The translations under genes and the position numbers were made by a program. Positions 51,296 through 63,602 of a DNA stretch of 64,000 bases are shown one piece after another (the stretch's first letter is position 1; each line of letters opens with the position of its first letter). Below the pieces are notes generated by a model. That model ran no database searches. It was given only the letters and a program-made list of their open reading frames with translations, and was not told the DNA's origin. Location: assembly GCF_963921235.1 (NCBI RefSeq), contig NC_086109.1, positions 23,872,001-23,936,000 of the forward strand, in the 5' to 3' direction. The DNA comes from Mobula hypostoma. Lineage: Eukaryota.

Positions 51296-51339
51296 CCCTA
51301 TGCCTAAGCTTGTTCGTTTTGAACTCCTCAACTCTGGGG

Positions 51340-51511
51340 ACCAGCTGGCGGTGTGGTGGCATCAGCACTGGACTTCAAAGCAGACAGTCCTGAGTTCAAA
51401 CTCAGCCGGGTCCCAACCTGGGCAGTATCTGAGCAGAAGAAGGCCTGGCACTCTACTCCTGTATCTTGCCTTGTGGACCCCATGGTCGGACTTGACTAAA
51501 TGACTGAACAA
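51340..51511 (+). mobile_element. tRNA-headed SINE with RTE/BovB-like tail
   Basis: 11-bp TSD caactctgggg (51329-39, 51512-22); B box gagttcaaact; tail gtcggacttgactaaatgactgaacaac. Confidence 0.8.
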
Positions 51512-51869
51512 CAACTCTGGGGTAAAGACTTTTAACTTTCACCTTACTTATACCTCTCATAATTTTAAACGCCCCTCATTCTTCTACATTCCAAGGAATA
51601 AAAAACCTAGCCCTGCCAACCTTTTCCTATAACTCAGGACCTCTAGTCCAGGCAACAGCCTTGTAAACTTTTCTGCACTCTTTCCATTTAACCACATTAT
51701 TTCTAACACAGGGTGACCAAAACTGTACACAGAACTCAAGGAACTTCATCATATTCCACCCCCAAATCATCATTAACTTTCTGTACATCCATCATCTGCA
51801 AACCCTTCCTTTTGATCCCTGACAATTGACCGTCTCCCTCTCTGAATGTCCCTTACTATACAATACCCC

Positions 51870-52205
51870 ATTTAACAGTTATGTAAAAGTTTCTTTACCC
51901 AAGCCATCAGACTCCTCAATACCCAGACCCTGGACTAACACCAACCTACTGCCTTCTACTGTGCTTATTATCTTGTTTATTATTTATTGTAATGCCTGCA
52001 CTGTTTTGTGTACTTTATGCAGTCCTGAGTAGGTCTGTAGTCTAGTGTAGTTTTTGTGTTGTTTTACATAGTTCAGTGTAGTTTTTTTATTGTTTCATGT
52101 AGCACCATGGTCCTGAAAAACGTTTTCTCATTTTTACTGTGTACTGTATCAGCAGTTATGGCCAAAATTACAATAAAAGTGACTTGAATTGACCTGACTT
52201 GACCT
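51870..52205 (+). mobile_element. Rex1/Babar 3' end (same subfamily as 10445-11000)
   Basis: caagccatcagactcctcaatacccagac..aataaaagtgacttg. Confidence 0.85.
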
Positions 52206-52209
52206 ATTA

Positions 52210-52490
52210 CAAAATGAAATATATAGAAGTAGAGGAATATAGCACAAGACCAGGACTTTTGGCCCACGATATCTGTGCCAAACATGATGCCAAATTAAGC
52301 TAATTTCTTGTGCCTGCACATAATTTATATTCTGACATTTCCTGCATATTCACGTGAATATCAAAAGCCTTTTAAATGCCAATATCATTTCTGCTTCCGT
52401 CACCAACCCTGACAACGTGTTCCAAGCACCAACCATTCTCTATGTAAAAATCTTTTCCCACACATTTCCTTTAAAATTTCACCTTATCAT
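52210..52490 (-). mobile_element. CR1 3' fragment
   Basis: CR1 tail and 3' UTR pattern. Confidence 0.7.
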
Positions 52491-52509
52491 AATCAGTTGT
52501 ATGTATTCA

Positions 52510-52860
52510 TGTTAATCCTTCTGTCCCTTACTCTCCTACTGTCCGCCTTGTTAAACTTTTCAACCCCTTATTACCCTTCTCTATTTCCTTTTCTAGTTGT
52601 CTACATCTCTAGTACCCTCCCTACCTTCTGGTCCTTCTTCTGATCCTCTATCTCCAGCTCAATCAATCCCTTCTCTCCTTGCGTCCATCCACTATCTTCC
52701 CTCTCCCTTCCCATCGTGATGAAATCTCACTCATGGCTGTACATTCCTCCTTTATCCTAACTATTCCTTCTGTCATATTTGCCTCTCTTCTCCACTCCCT
52801 TACAATCATCCATCTTCCATTCAGGCCCTCAGTCCTTTCCAGTTGCACCATCTCTTCTCT
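52510..52860. repeat. Pyrimidine-rich low-complexity tract
   Basis: C/T-dominated plus strand. Confidence 0.7.
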
Positions 52861-53268
52861 AAGTTTGCACATATTTGGAATGCACGGAATGGGACTAGAA
52901 TCACAGATTTGTGGCAGCTAATAGACATTATAATATTGAATGCTTCACACAGTTGTTCTCAAACTGAACTCCTCTTTGCTGATAGGCATCTGGGCAGGCC
53001 TTTCTTTAGCTCAGCCATCTGTGGTGAATTGTTGCGAGATGCTCCCAACCATGCCAGTTTCTGGGATTTAGGCACTCCAGCTCTCCAGAGTATGGTTAAC
53101 TGGCACAGCCCTTTTAAGGGTTCAGGGTGGTCCCGTTATTTGGCAATTATGTTTTGGGTGCTAAAAATTGAGTATTTAATGAGCACCTGAACTGACGTTC
53201 AGTGCTCAATAGTAAGCCCTACTAGGGATATCGTTTAGCATTTGTTTTGTGCTCCATTCTCAATCCAA

Positions 53269-56200
53269 TGTGATACCGTGTGTCGATCCTTACTTCGGAG
53301 ACTCCAGCATTTGGGTTCAAGCCATCCTTGTCATGGACTCTCATCACAGTACAGTTGAGCCAACATGGACCCAGTGGGGTATCAGAGCTTTTCGTCAGCT
53401 GTGGCCAGCCACAGCAAGAAAGTTTCAAGACAGAGCTGGAGATACGTGACCTCCAGGTCACTGTGTGCCAACTATTGCAGGGAGGAAGCCGAAGTGGGCT
53501 TGTGTGAGGCTGTTGGTCACTCTGCAGAGCCAGTCCAGCTTCCAACCGCGGAGAGATTCAACAGTGATCTGGGTTCTTGCAATGACTTCCTCATCCAATG
53601 CTCATTAGTGTTTGAACTCCTGCAGTCCCGGTTCCCTTTGGCATGTGGAAAGGAGGCCTTCATTATCTCTCTTCTGACTGGAAGAGCCCTGGCCTGCGCC
53701 ACCGCGCAATGGGAACGCAGGTCAGAGATTTGCTCGCACTCGGAGGAATTCATGGCTGCCATGAGGAAGGTGTTTCATCACTCCGCCAGAGCCATCTGTG
53801 CCTCGGACCACCTGATGAAGGTTTGATGGGGGGACAGTCAGTGACCAACTATGCGATCGAACTTTGGACTTTGGCCCAGTAGAGTGGTTGGAAAGGGGAG
53901 GCCTTGGCCACACTATACCGCCACTGACTCTGAAATGAACTGAAGGATGCCCTTGCCTTGGGAGAGCCAGCAGAGAACTTAGAGGTTCTGATCGACCAGC
54001 TCATCCATCCTGATAATCATCTAGCAGAGATCAGGAGGTCGAAGAGAGCTGGTCTGAGCTCGGTCCCTATGCATCACAGTTCCACTCCCCAAACTCGGAC
54101 CATGACTAGCCCGTCATCTGCTCAAGATCCAGTCGAACCCATGCAGGTCAGCTACACTGGACTCTCTGCCGATGAGAGACCCCGGCATCAAGGGCAGGTT
54201 TGCTGCCTTTACTGCGGGGAAGCAGGTCATCTGCTGGCTGAATATCTGAAGCTGCAGCCACCTAGGGAACTGCTAAGGGTGTCCATTGTCAGGAGGACTG
54301 TGATGGTAGCAGCCACTATGGCCAATCCCGCAGATTCAGGTTTTGTGCTGGAGGCGGAGTTCACCTGAGGTAAGAACATGAGGCTTTTGTGCACTTTGGG
54401 GCAGTGGGTAGTTTTCTGGATTTAGGAACCACCTGTCGGTTCAACATACCGCTGCGAGCAACTGTCTTGGATGGCCGTCTGCTAGGTTTCAGGCAGATCC
54501 AGGTACAAACTGTTGTTTCGCAGATAAGGATAAGGAATCATGTGGAAGACATTATTGACTCTCCACTCTCCACTCATATCCCTGACCCTCGGGTCCCCTT
54601 GGCTGCCTCAGCATAACTCATCCCCTCTTCCACCCTATGATTGTTCTATAGACCAGCTGCCTGTACTTGTCCCCCACGGGGTCAACTGAACACACTCTCA
54701 GGCCCAGAGAGAAGCACAATGGAAGAGTATATAAAGGAGCCTCTTGTTACGGGCTTCGTTCTGCCCTCCACCTCACCCGTCAGCGCAGGCTTCTTCATAC
54801 AAAGGAAAGATGGGATCCTGTGGCCATGCATTGAGTATAGAGGAACCGTTACCCCATTCCACTCATGAATATGGCCTTCTAGACGTGCCAAGGAGTGAGA
54901 GTATTCACAAAATTAGACCTACAGAGTGCCTACGGTATAGTCTGTAGAACGGAAGGCAACAAGTGGAAGACTGCATTCAATATACTGATGGGGCACTACA
55001 AGTAGCAGGTTATGCCCTTCGGCCTTGGGAACACACCAGTCATGTTCCAGGCCTTTGTAAATTATGTGCTTCGGGATTTTCTCCTTAAGTATACCTTCAT
55101 CTGCTTGGATGATATCCTAATCTTCTCAAAGTCCATGGAGGAGAACGTCACTCACATCAGGGACATTTTAAAGAGGCTTCTAGACGATGGACTTAATGTC
55201 ATGTTGGAAAAGTCTGAATTTCATGTGAAGATTATTTCATTTTTGTGTTTCATCATCGCCAATGGCAATCTCAACCAAGACCCGGGCAGTCAGAGACTGG
55301 CCACCACCATCCAGTATTAAACAAGTCCAGCGATTCCAGAGGTTTGCTAACTTCTGCCAGCAGTTCACAACAGCTCTCATCTTGACTTCTCCTAACCCAG
55401 AACTTCCCTTCATCAGGGAGGTGGACACCTCAGACATCAGAGTGGGTCTCAACAATCATCTTCAGACAGTAAACTGCACTTGTGTTTGTTCTGCTCCAGG
55501 TGGCTAAACCCAGCAGAGAGGAACTATGACGTCAGGAATCAGGAGATGCTTGCGGTTAAGTTAGCTTGGAGGAATGGCGTCACTGGCTAGACGGGGCCAA
55601 GAACCCTTTTATCGTTTGGACTACACAAGCTGCTGGCTTATATTCAGGAGGCCAACAGGCTGAATTCCAGGCAGGTCAAGAAGTCTTTGTTCTTTGAATG
55701 CTTTGATTTCAACCTGACTTATCGACTGGGGCCGAAGAACCAGAAGCTGGATGCATTGCCCCATCAGTTTGTCAAACCGGAACGAGAAGAGCAGCCTACC
55801 ACCCTATGCCAGGGTGGTAGCGCTAATTCGTTGGGGAAACTACGTCCTTGTTCGCAAGGTCCAAGTGCAAGCGGTCCTCTGGGTCGGCTGTTTGTACCAA
55901 GTTCCATCCGGTCCCAGGTATTCCAATATGGACATTCGTTGGGAATGACCGCTCACAAAGGGATTGCCAGGACCCTAAAGTTTATCAAGAGGAGGTACTG
56001 GTGGTCTAGAATGATGAAGGAGCTCAGCAGCATGTGCAAGGATGCAAGGTGTGTGCCCGGAACAAGGAGCCCTGTACCTGACCTCAAAGGCTCCTCTACA
56101 CCCTACGTATTCCAGAAAGACCACGGGCACATATCTCCATGGACTTTCTCACAAGTCTTCCACTATCCAAGGGAAAGACAGTCATCATGGTGGTTGTCGA

Positions 56201-56353
56201 TGGGTTTTTGAAACTCTGCAAGTCCATTGCCTTGGAGAAGCTACCATTTGTAGTGGAGACAGCTGAAATCGTCCTGGATACTGTGTCTCAGTCCTTGCTT
56301 CAGATACCCCAGCATCTGTGTACAAGACATCCTTGTCAAGGACTCTCATCACA
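53269..56353 (+). mobile_element. Decayed sushi/Tf1-like Ty3/Gypsy element with ~80-bp LTRs (53269-53348; ~56275-56353)
   Basis: gag MDP..ERFNSDLGSCNDFLIQCSLVFE..IISLLTGRALA; zinc knuckle CLYCGEAGH; RT MPFGLGN..CLDDILIFS; RNase H and integrase remnants; repeated catccttgtca.ggactctcatcaca. Confidence 0.9.
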
Positions 56354-57329
56354 GTAAATACCCTCACACACATTTGCACAAATTCTGCAATAGGGTCCTA
56401 TAGACATAATCCAATTGTTAGGATATAGATAAAGATGGTAGTTGAAAGAAAAAAAAACATTATCTCACTGGGACAGAAGTTTACAATGAAACAGTTTTTT
56501 TTCTCCTTTCATAACGAATTATACAAAACGAACTAAAATAGGAAATAATATGACGTCCTGCAGAGACTCCCACAAGAACTAAATTGATCAAAGTGATCTG
56601 CCGTTACATTATGACGCAGCCTTGAGAGAGGGGATATCTTCTACAAACCACGTGCACATGTGACTGCCAGAATGACATGACTATCTTTCCCCTGAGCAAA
56701 CCCGGACTAAAAGTGCAAATGCATGATTGTTAAGGCTCATTTTGAAGAACACAACCCATCCAGATATACAGACTAAACTGAGCCCAAAGTGAGGCGACAA
56801 GGGCCTTCCAAAGAGGGGGCATGAATGGAAGTACAGAGAAAATGCTCTGGTTTAAAAGGAGTTGCAGATTTTGAGTGTGTCTATCTGAAAGAATTGTATG
56901 CGTGAAGGGGAGTACAAAACCAACCACATGATCTTATTGAATGTAATTATAGATACAATGGTTGACCAGCCTATCATACTTTGCTTTTTTATATCTGTAT
57001 AGCACCTACTATGATCTTAAAAAGCTGCCCAACTCATTACAGCTGATTAAGTAAGTAGCAACCGGTTGAGTGCAACATTGTGCAGTTATACAGGGCCTGG
57101 TGAGGCACAATTTTTAATACTATTTCTCATCTGTTTTGCCACTCTATGCAAGTATTTTGTTGCAACAGAGAATACAAGAGCGGTTCAGAGATTACTTGCT
57201 TGGTTTATTGTATGAGGTGAGGTTAAGTTTATATTTTTTTCTTGTTGTAAGGGATGAAAAGTGACCTCATAAAAACATTTTAAAAATATGTTCATCACAG
57301 GATTTATCTTCAGCACATCACAGGAAGAA

Positions 57330-57570
57330 GCTGAGTGGACTCTGTCTATACTTCTCACTGCCTTAGTAAAGCAGCCAGCATAGTCAAAGTGTCCATCCAT
57401 CTCTTGTCCACATTCACATCTGGCAGAAGGTACGAAAGCCTGGCAGCACATACCACCAGGCTCAAGAACAGGTTTGATCCTACTGTTATCAGTCTCTTGA
57501 GTAGAAGTTTTGCACAATAAGATAGACTCTTGGCCTCACAATCTACTTTGTTATTGCCATGTTTTGTCAT
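57330..57570 (+). mobile_element. Rex1/Babar 3' fragment
   Basis: SGRRYESLAAHTTRLKNRFDPTVISLL. Confidence 0.8.
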
Positions 57571-58234
57571 GTTTTGGTGAGGTGCTCACATAGAGAGTTC
57601 TCCAGTTATGTCCTTAATATTTCCAAACATTGATCATCTCTGTATATCCTTTCCAGGTCTGCTTGTCCAGGATTAAAACATTGAACTTTCTTGTTTTGTC
57701 TCAGCAGTTTGTCCCGCACACTCCCTCTGAGATTAAGTTAGAGAATATCCAAATTTGAGAAGCAGAAGGGAAGATCCGGAAACAGTATATCTGGTGAGCT
57801 GTTGATTGTGGACTGTGCTGCACTGCAATATGCAGAGAAGGAATTGGTGAGCTCCTGATTCAGTGTAGTGTGTTCTGCTGATGTTTCTCGCAGTACCTTC
57901 TTTAGACTCTGGACAAACCTTTCCACAAAACCATTTGTAGCTGGGTGACACAGTGCCAATGTAATATTTCTTACTCCATTCATCTTCAGGAATAACTGAA
58001 ACTGGTTCACAACAAACTGTGGTCCTTTGTCACTGACTAAGTGTTCTGGAATACCAGTCCCTGAGAAGAGGCTTCTCAACACATCATCAGTGTGCGAGGC
58101 TGTAGTGCAGGTTATTGGGAACATCTCTGTTCACTTTGTCGCTGTATCTACTACTACCAGGAAATTTGTGCCCTTGAATGATCCAGCATAATCCACATGA
58201 ATCTTCTGCCAGGGCAATGCAGGCCATTCCCAAT

Positions 58235-58930
58235 TGTAAACCTCAGGCTCGCCCAGCTCGTGTTCGTCTAGGCCTTCGGCCCCACCAAACTGGGTAATCA
58301 CGTTTATGTGGATGCTGTGTAACGTACCCTCAGTTACAAACGCACAACGCAAAATCTCAGACAGTACACCATATGCAATTAAATGATAGGATTTCACGAA
58401 TTTTAATCTGAATATAGGGTTAGTAATGAAAATAAACAAAAAAAAGGCCCAAGTCAAGTCAAAGTCACGTTGGAGCTCACGCATTCTTCCACCATCGGTC
58501 CCCTCCGAACGTTGCCGACCTTCGGACCCTCAGATCCCAGTCCACTTCGTCCGGTGGTCTACCAGCTCTCTCCACACATGTCCTCTCTCCTTGACAAAAG
58601 ACTGCGAGAAAAACATCTTTCCAGACTCACAAGACACAGCAACAATCTCTTATTGGCTAAAATGCATCCTGTTATCTCCAGCCACAACCCCAACATTGCT
58701 GCTACAGAGAAACCGTTACCTCAGCAGGGAACTTTACAAAGAAGCCATTACATTAGCAGTGAAATCTTACAGCACGTTACACTCTCCCCCCACCAAATTT
58801 AGTCAGTCCTCATGATGTTGAGATAATTCACCAAACCTTCCTGCAAAACACAAAGCCCAATCCAGGTGCAAAAGGCCATGACATAGCTCCCAAGACAGTA
58901 GAGACCACGCCCTGTTCCCCAGGCACTACA
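58235..58930 (-). mobile_element. LTR-derived insertion (LTR 58235-58781 plus PPT and ~150 bp of internal sequence)
   Basis: Interrupts integrase at LYP|WEWP; flanks caat / caag; minus strand tggggggagag-TGTAACGT. Confidence 0.7.
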
Positions 58931-59306
58931 CAAGGATAGAGAGGCAATGTTCTTGGCACCTTTTGGACGCTTTGGCATCCCAAAAAGTGCATGGAAAGCT
59001 GCTTGATCTGCTGATCTATCCCAGGCCACCAGACAAAGCTTCCAGCCAATACTTTTATTTTGACTGTGCCTAAACATAGCTCGTCCAACACTTTAGCTCT
59101 CCGCCTGGATGGTACAACAACTCTCAATCCCCACATAAGGCAACCTCTTTCAAGGGTAAAGATGGGAGAACTGGAATTTCTGCTGCATATTCCAGCCACT
59201 TTAGGTTGCCATGTAGATCTGAGACAGTGTGGGGTCTTTTCTGGTTTCTCTTCGGGTCACCTCTGGCGTAATAGAAGGGCTTTTGATTTGCATTAGGGAG
59301 AATATC

Positions 59307-62300
59307 CTAATGGCCACATCTGCGCCTGGTGCACCGAGATGCAGCTCCTCAGAGACCGTGTTAGGGACCTGGAGCTGCAGCTTGGTGACCTACTGCTTAT
59401 TAGAGAAGGTGAAGAGGTGATAGACAGGAACTACAGGGAGGTAGTCACCTCTAGGCTACAGGGGTCAGAAAACTGGGTGACCGTCGGGAGGGGGAAGGGA
59501 AATGCCCGGGTAGTGGAGGGAACCCCTGTGGCTGCCCCCCTCAGCAAAAAGTATCTCATTTTGGATGCTGTTGAGGGGGATGATCTGACAGGGGACGGCC
59601 ATGGTGACTGGGTCTCTGGCACTGAGTCTGGCGCTGTTGTGCAGGAGGGAAGGAGGGAGAAGGGGAATGCGGTAGTCATAGGGGATTCCATAGTTAAGGG
59701 AACAGACAGGAGATTCTGTGAGTCTGATAGAGATACCTGCATGGTGTGTTGCCTCCCAGGTGCCAGGGTACGGGATGTCTCGGATTGGGTCCAGAATATT
59801 CTAAAGGGAGAGGGTGAGCGAGTTGTCTTGGTACATGTTGGTACCAATAACATAGATAGGAAAAAGGAGGAGGTCCTGAAGAGAGATTTCCGGGAGTTCG
59901 GAAGGAAGCTGAGAAGCAGGACTTCCAGGGTAGTAATTTCAGGCTTGCTTCCTGTGCCACGTGCTAGCGAGGGCAAGAATAGTAGGATCAGGCAGATGAA
60001 TGCGTGGCTGAGAGACGGGTGTAGGGGGCAGGGCTTCAAATTCTTGGATCATTGGGATCTCTTCTAGGGGAAGTATGACTTGTTCGAAAAGGACAGGTTA
60101 CACCTGAACCTGAAGGGGACCATTATCCTGGCGGGAAGGTTTAATAGAGCTGTTAGGGAGGGTTTAAATAATTTGGCAGAGGGATGGGAACCGGAATGAT
60201 AGAGCGGAGGAGGGGGAAAACAGCAATAAATCTAAGACAGCGAGCAGTAAAGATGTCAGGAAGGACAGGCAGGTGATGGGGCAAATTTACAGCCACTGGG
60301 ATGAGTTGCAGTGCAATCAAAGCAAAAAGTACCAAATACTGGACTTAAGGTGTTAAACTTAAATGCACGTAGCATAAGGAATAAGCTGGATGATCTTGTC
60401 GTACAGCTACAGATTGGCCGGTATGATATTGTGGCTATCACTGAGACGTGGCTAAAGGATGCATGTCTCTGAACATCCAAGGATACACGGTGTATGGGAA
60501 GGATAGGCAGGTAGGCGGAGGGGGTGGCGTGGCTTTATTGGTAAGAAATGATATCAAATCATTAGAAAGAGTTGACATAGGATTGGAAGGTGCAGAATCT
60601 TTATGACTTGAGCTAAGAAATCGCAGAGGTAAAAGGACCCTGATGGCAGTTATATACAGGCCTCCTAACGGCTGCAGTGATGTGGACAAATTAAAACAGG
60701 AAATAGAAAAGGCTTGTCAGAAGGGAACTGTTATGATAATAGTGGAGGATTTTAACATGCGAGTGGATTGGGAAAATCAGGTCAGCACTGGATCTCAAGA
60801 GTGAGAATTTGTAGAACGTCTGGGAGATGGCTTTTTAGAACAGCTTGTTGTTGAGCCCAGTAGGGGATCGGCTGTACTGGATTGGGTATTGTGTAATGAA
60901 CCAGAGGTGATTAGAGAGATTGAGGTGAAGGAACCCTTAGGAGGCAGTGATCATAACATGATTGAGTTCACTGTGAAATTTGAGAAAGAGAAGCCGAAAT
61001 CCGATGTGTCGGTATTTCAGTGGAGTAAAGGAAATTACAGTGGCATGAGAGAGGAACTGGCCAAAGTTGACTAGAAAGGGACACTAGTGGGAAGGATGGC
61101 AGAGCAGCAGTGGCTGGAGTTTATGCGAGAAGTGAGGAAGGTGCAAGACAGATATAGAAACCATTGAAACCATAGAAAAACTACAGCACAGAAACAGGCC
61201 TTTTGGTCCTACTTGGCAGTGCTGAACCATTTTCTGCCTAGTCCCACTGACCTGCACACAGACCATATCCCTCCATACACCTCCCATCCATGTACCTGTC
61301 CAATTTATTCTTAAATGTTAAAAAAGAAACCACATTTACCACCTCGTCTGGCAGCTCATTCCATACTCTCACCACTCTCTGTGTGAAGAAGCCCCCCACC
61401 AATGTTCCCTTTAAACTTTTCCCCCTTCACCCTTAACCCATGTTCTCTGGTTTTTTTCTCCCCTTGCCTCATTGGAAAAAGCCTGCTTGCATTCACTCTA
61501 TCTATACCCATCATAATTTTATATACCTCTATCAAATCTCCCCTCATTCTTCTATATTCCAAAAAAGAAGAAATTTTCAAATGGAAAAAGGATGCAACCA
61601 TGGCTAACAAGAGAAGTCAAAGCCAAAGTTACAGGAAAGGAGAGGGCATACAAGGAAGTAAAAATTAGTGGGAAGACAGAGGATTGGGAGGTTTTTAAAA
61701 GCTTACAAAGGGAAACTAAGAAGGTCATTAAGAGGGAAAAGATGAACTATGAAAGGAAGCTAGCTAATAGTAACAAAGAGGATACTAAAAGCTTTTTCAA
61801 GTATATAAAGAGTAAAAGACAGGTGAGAGTAGATACAGGACCAATAGAAAATGATGCTGGAGAAATTGTAATGGGAGATATGGAGATGGCGGAGGAACTG
61901 AACGAGTATTTTGCATCAGTCTTCAGTGAGGAAGACATCAGTAGTATACTGGACATTCAAGGGTGGCAGGGAAGAGAAGTGTGCGCAGTCACAATTACAA
62001 CAGAGAAAATACTCAGGAAACTGAATAGTCAAAGGGTAGATAAATCTCCCGGACCAGATGGAATGCACCCTTGTGTTCTGAAGGAAGTAGCTGTGGAGAT
62101 TACGGAGGCTTTAACAATGATCTTTCAAAAGTCAATAGATTCTGGCATGGTTCCGGAGGACTGGAAGATTGCAAATGTTACTCTGCTATTTAAGAAAGGG
62201 GCAAGGAAGCAAAAACAAAATTATAGACCTGTTAGCTTGATATCGGTGGTTGGGAAGATGTTGCAGTCGATTGTCAAGGATGAGGTTACTGAGTACCTGG

Positions 62301-63602
62301 AGGCATATGACAAGATAGGCAGAACTCAGCATGGTTTCCTTCAAGGAAAATCCTGCCTGACAAATCTATTTCAATTTTTTGAGGAAATTACAAGTAGGCC
62401 AGACAAGGGAGATGCAGTGGATGTTGTGTATTTGGATTATCAGAAGGCCTTTGACAAGGTGCCACACATGAGGCTGCTAAACAAGATAAGAGCCCATGGA
62501 ATTACGGGGAAGTTACATACATGGATAGAGAGTTGGCTGATTGGCAGGAAACAGAGAATGGGAATAAAAGGATCCCATTCTGGTTAGCTGCCAGTTACCA
62601 GTGGTGTTCCACAGGGGTCCGTGTTGGGGCCGCTTCTTTTTACATTGTACATCAATGATTTTGATTATGGAATAGATGGCTTTCTGGCTAAGTTTGCTGA
62701 TGATACAAAGATAGGTGGAGGGGCTGGTAGTGCTGAGGAAACAGAGAGTGTGCAGAGAAACTTGGATAGATTGGGAGAATGGGTAGAGAAGTGGCAAATG
62801 AAATACAATGTTGGAAAGTGTATGGTTATGCACTTTGGTAGAAGAAGTAAACGGGCAGACTATTATTTAAATGGGGAGAGAATTCAAAGTTCTGAGATGC
62901 AATGGGAGTTGGGAGTCCTCGTGCAGGATACCCTTAAGGTTAACCTCCAGGTTGAGTCGGTAGTGAAGAAGGTGAATGCAATGTTGGCATTCATTTCTAG
63001 AGGAATATATAAGAGCAGGGTTGTGATGTTGAGGCTCTATAAGGCACTGGTAAGACCTCACTTGGAGTACTGTGTGCAGTTTTGGGTTCCCTATTTAAGA
63101 AAGGATGTGCTGACGTTGGAGAGGGTACAGAGAAGATTCACTAGAATGATTCCGGGAATGAGAGGGTTAACATATGAGGAGCGTTTGACTGCTCTTGGAC
63201 TGTACTCCTTGGAGTTTGGAAGAATGAGGGGGGACCTCATAGAAACATTTTGAATGTTGAAAGGCATGGACAGAGTGGATGTGGCAAAGTTGGGGAGTCT
63301 AGTACGAGAGGGCATGACTTAAGGATTGAAGGGTGCCCATTCAGAACAGAGATGCGAAGAAATTTTTTTAGCCAGAGGGTGGTGAATCTGTGGAATTTGT
63401 TGCCACGGGCGGCAGTGGAGGTCAAGTCAATGGGTGTATTTAAGGCAGAGATTGATAGGTATCTGAGTAGCCAGGGCATCAAAGGTTATGGTGAGAAGGC
63501 GGGGAGTGGGATTAAATGGGAGAATGGATCAGCTCATGATAAAATGGCGGAGCAGACTCGATGGGCCGAATGGCCGACTTCTGCTCCTTTGTCTTATCGT
63601 CT
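59307..63602 (+). mobile_element. Near-full-length CR1 LINE: 5'-truncated ORF1 (coiled coil + SGNH esterase-like domain) and ORF2 (APE endonuclease + RT), with stops and frameshifts
   Basis: ORF 59339-60067 VVIGDSIV..CLPGARV..VHVGTNN..VISGLLPVP; LNARSIRNK..ITETW; YLDYQKAFDKVPH; FADDTK; flanking aatatc duplication at 59301-06 / 63603-08. Confidence 0.95.
61157..61552 (-). mobile_element. Nested CR1 3' fragment
   Basis: ORF 61356-61610 RRMRGDLIEVYKIMMGIDRVN..TREHGLRV; gaaaccat tail. Confidence 0.88.

Larger units (their letters stand above)
50225..51735 (-). mobile_element. CR1 3' fragment carrying hAT and SINE insertions
   Basis: NFFTQRMVNIWNELLEE..FKKHLDRYM; CR1 resumes after 51303 and 51522. 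Confidence 0.85.

Noticed and set aside
53365..56357. Domesticated PEG10/RTL1-like gene
   Set aside because: Many stops and frameshifts, a mutated RT motif (CLDD), and retained LTRs.
59339..60067. Host SGNH/GDSL esterase gene
   Set aside because: It sits directly upstream of CR1 ORF2, so it is CR1 ORF1.
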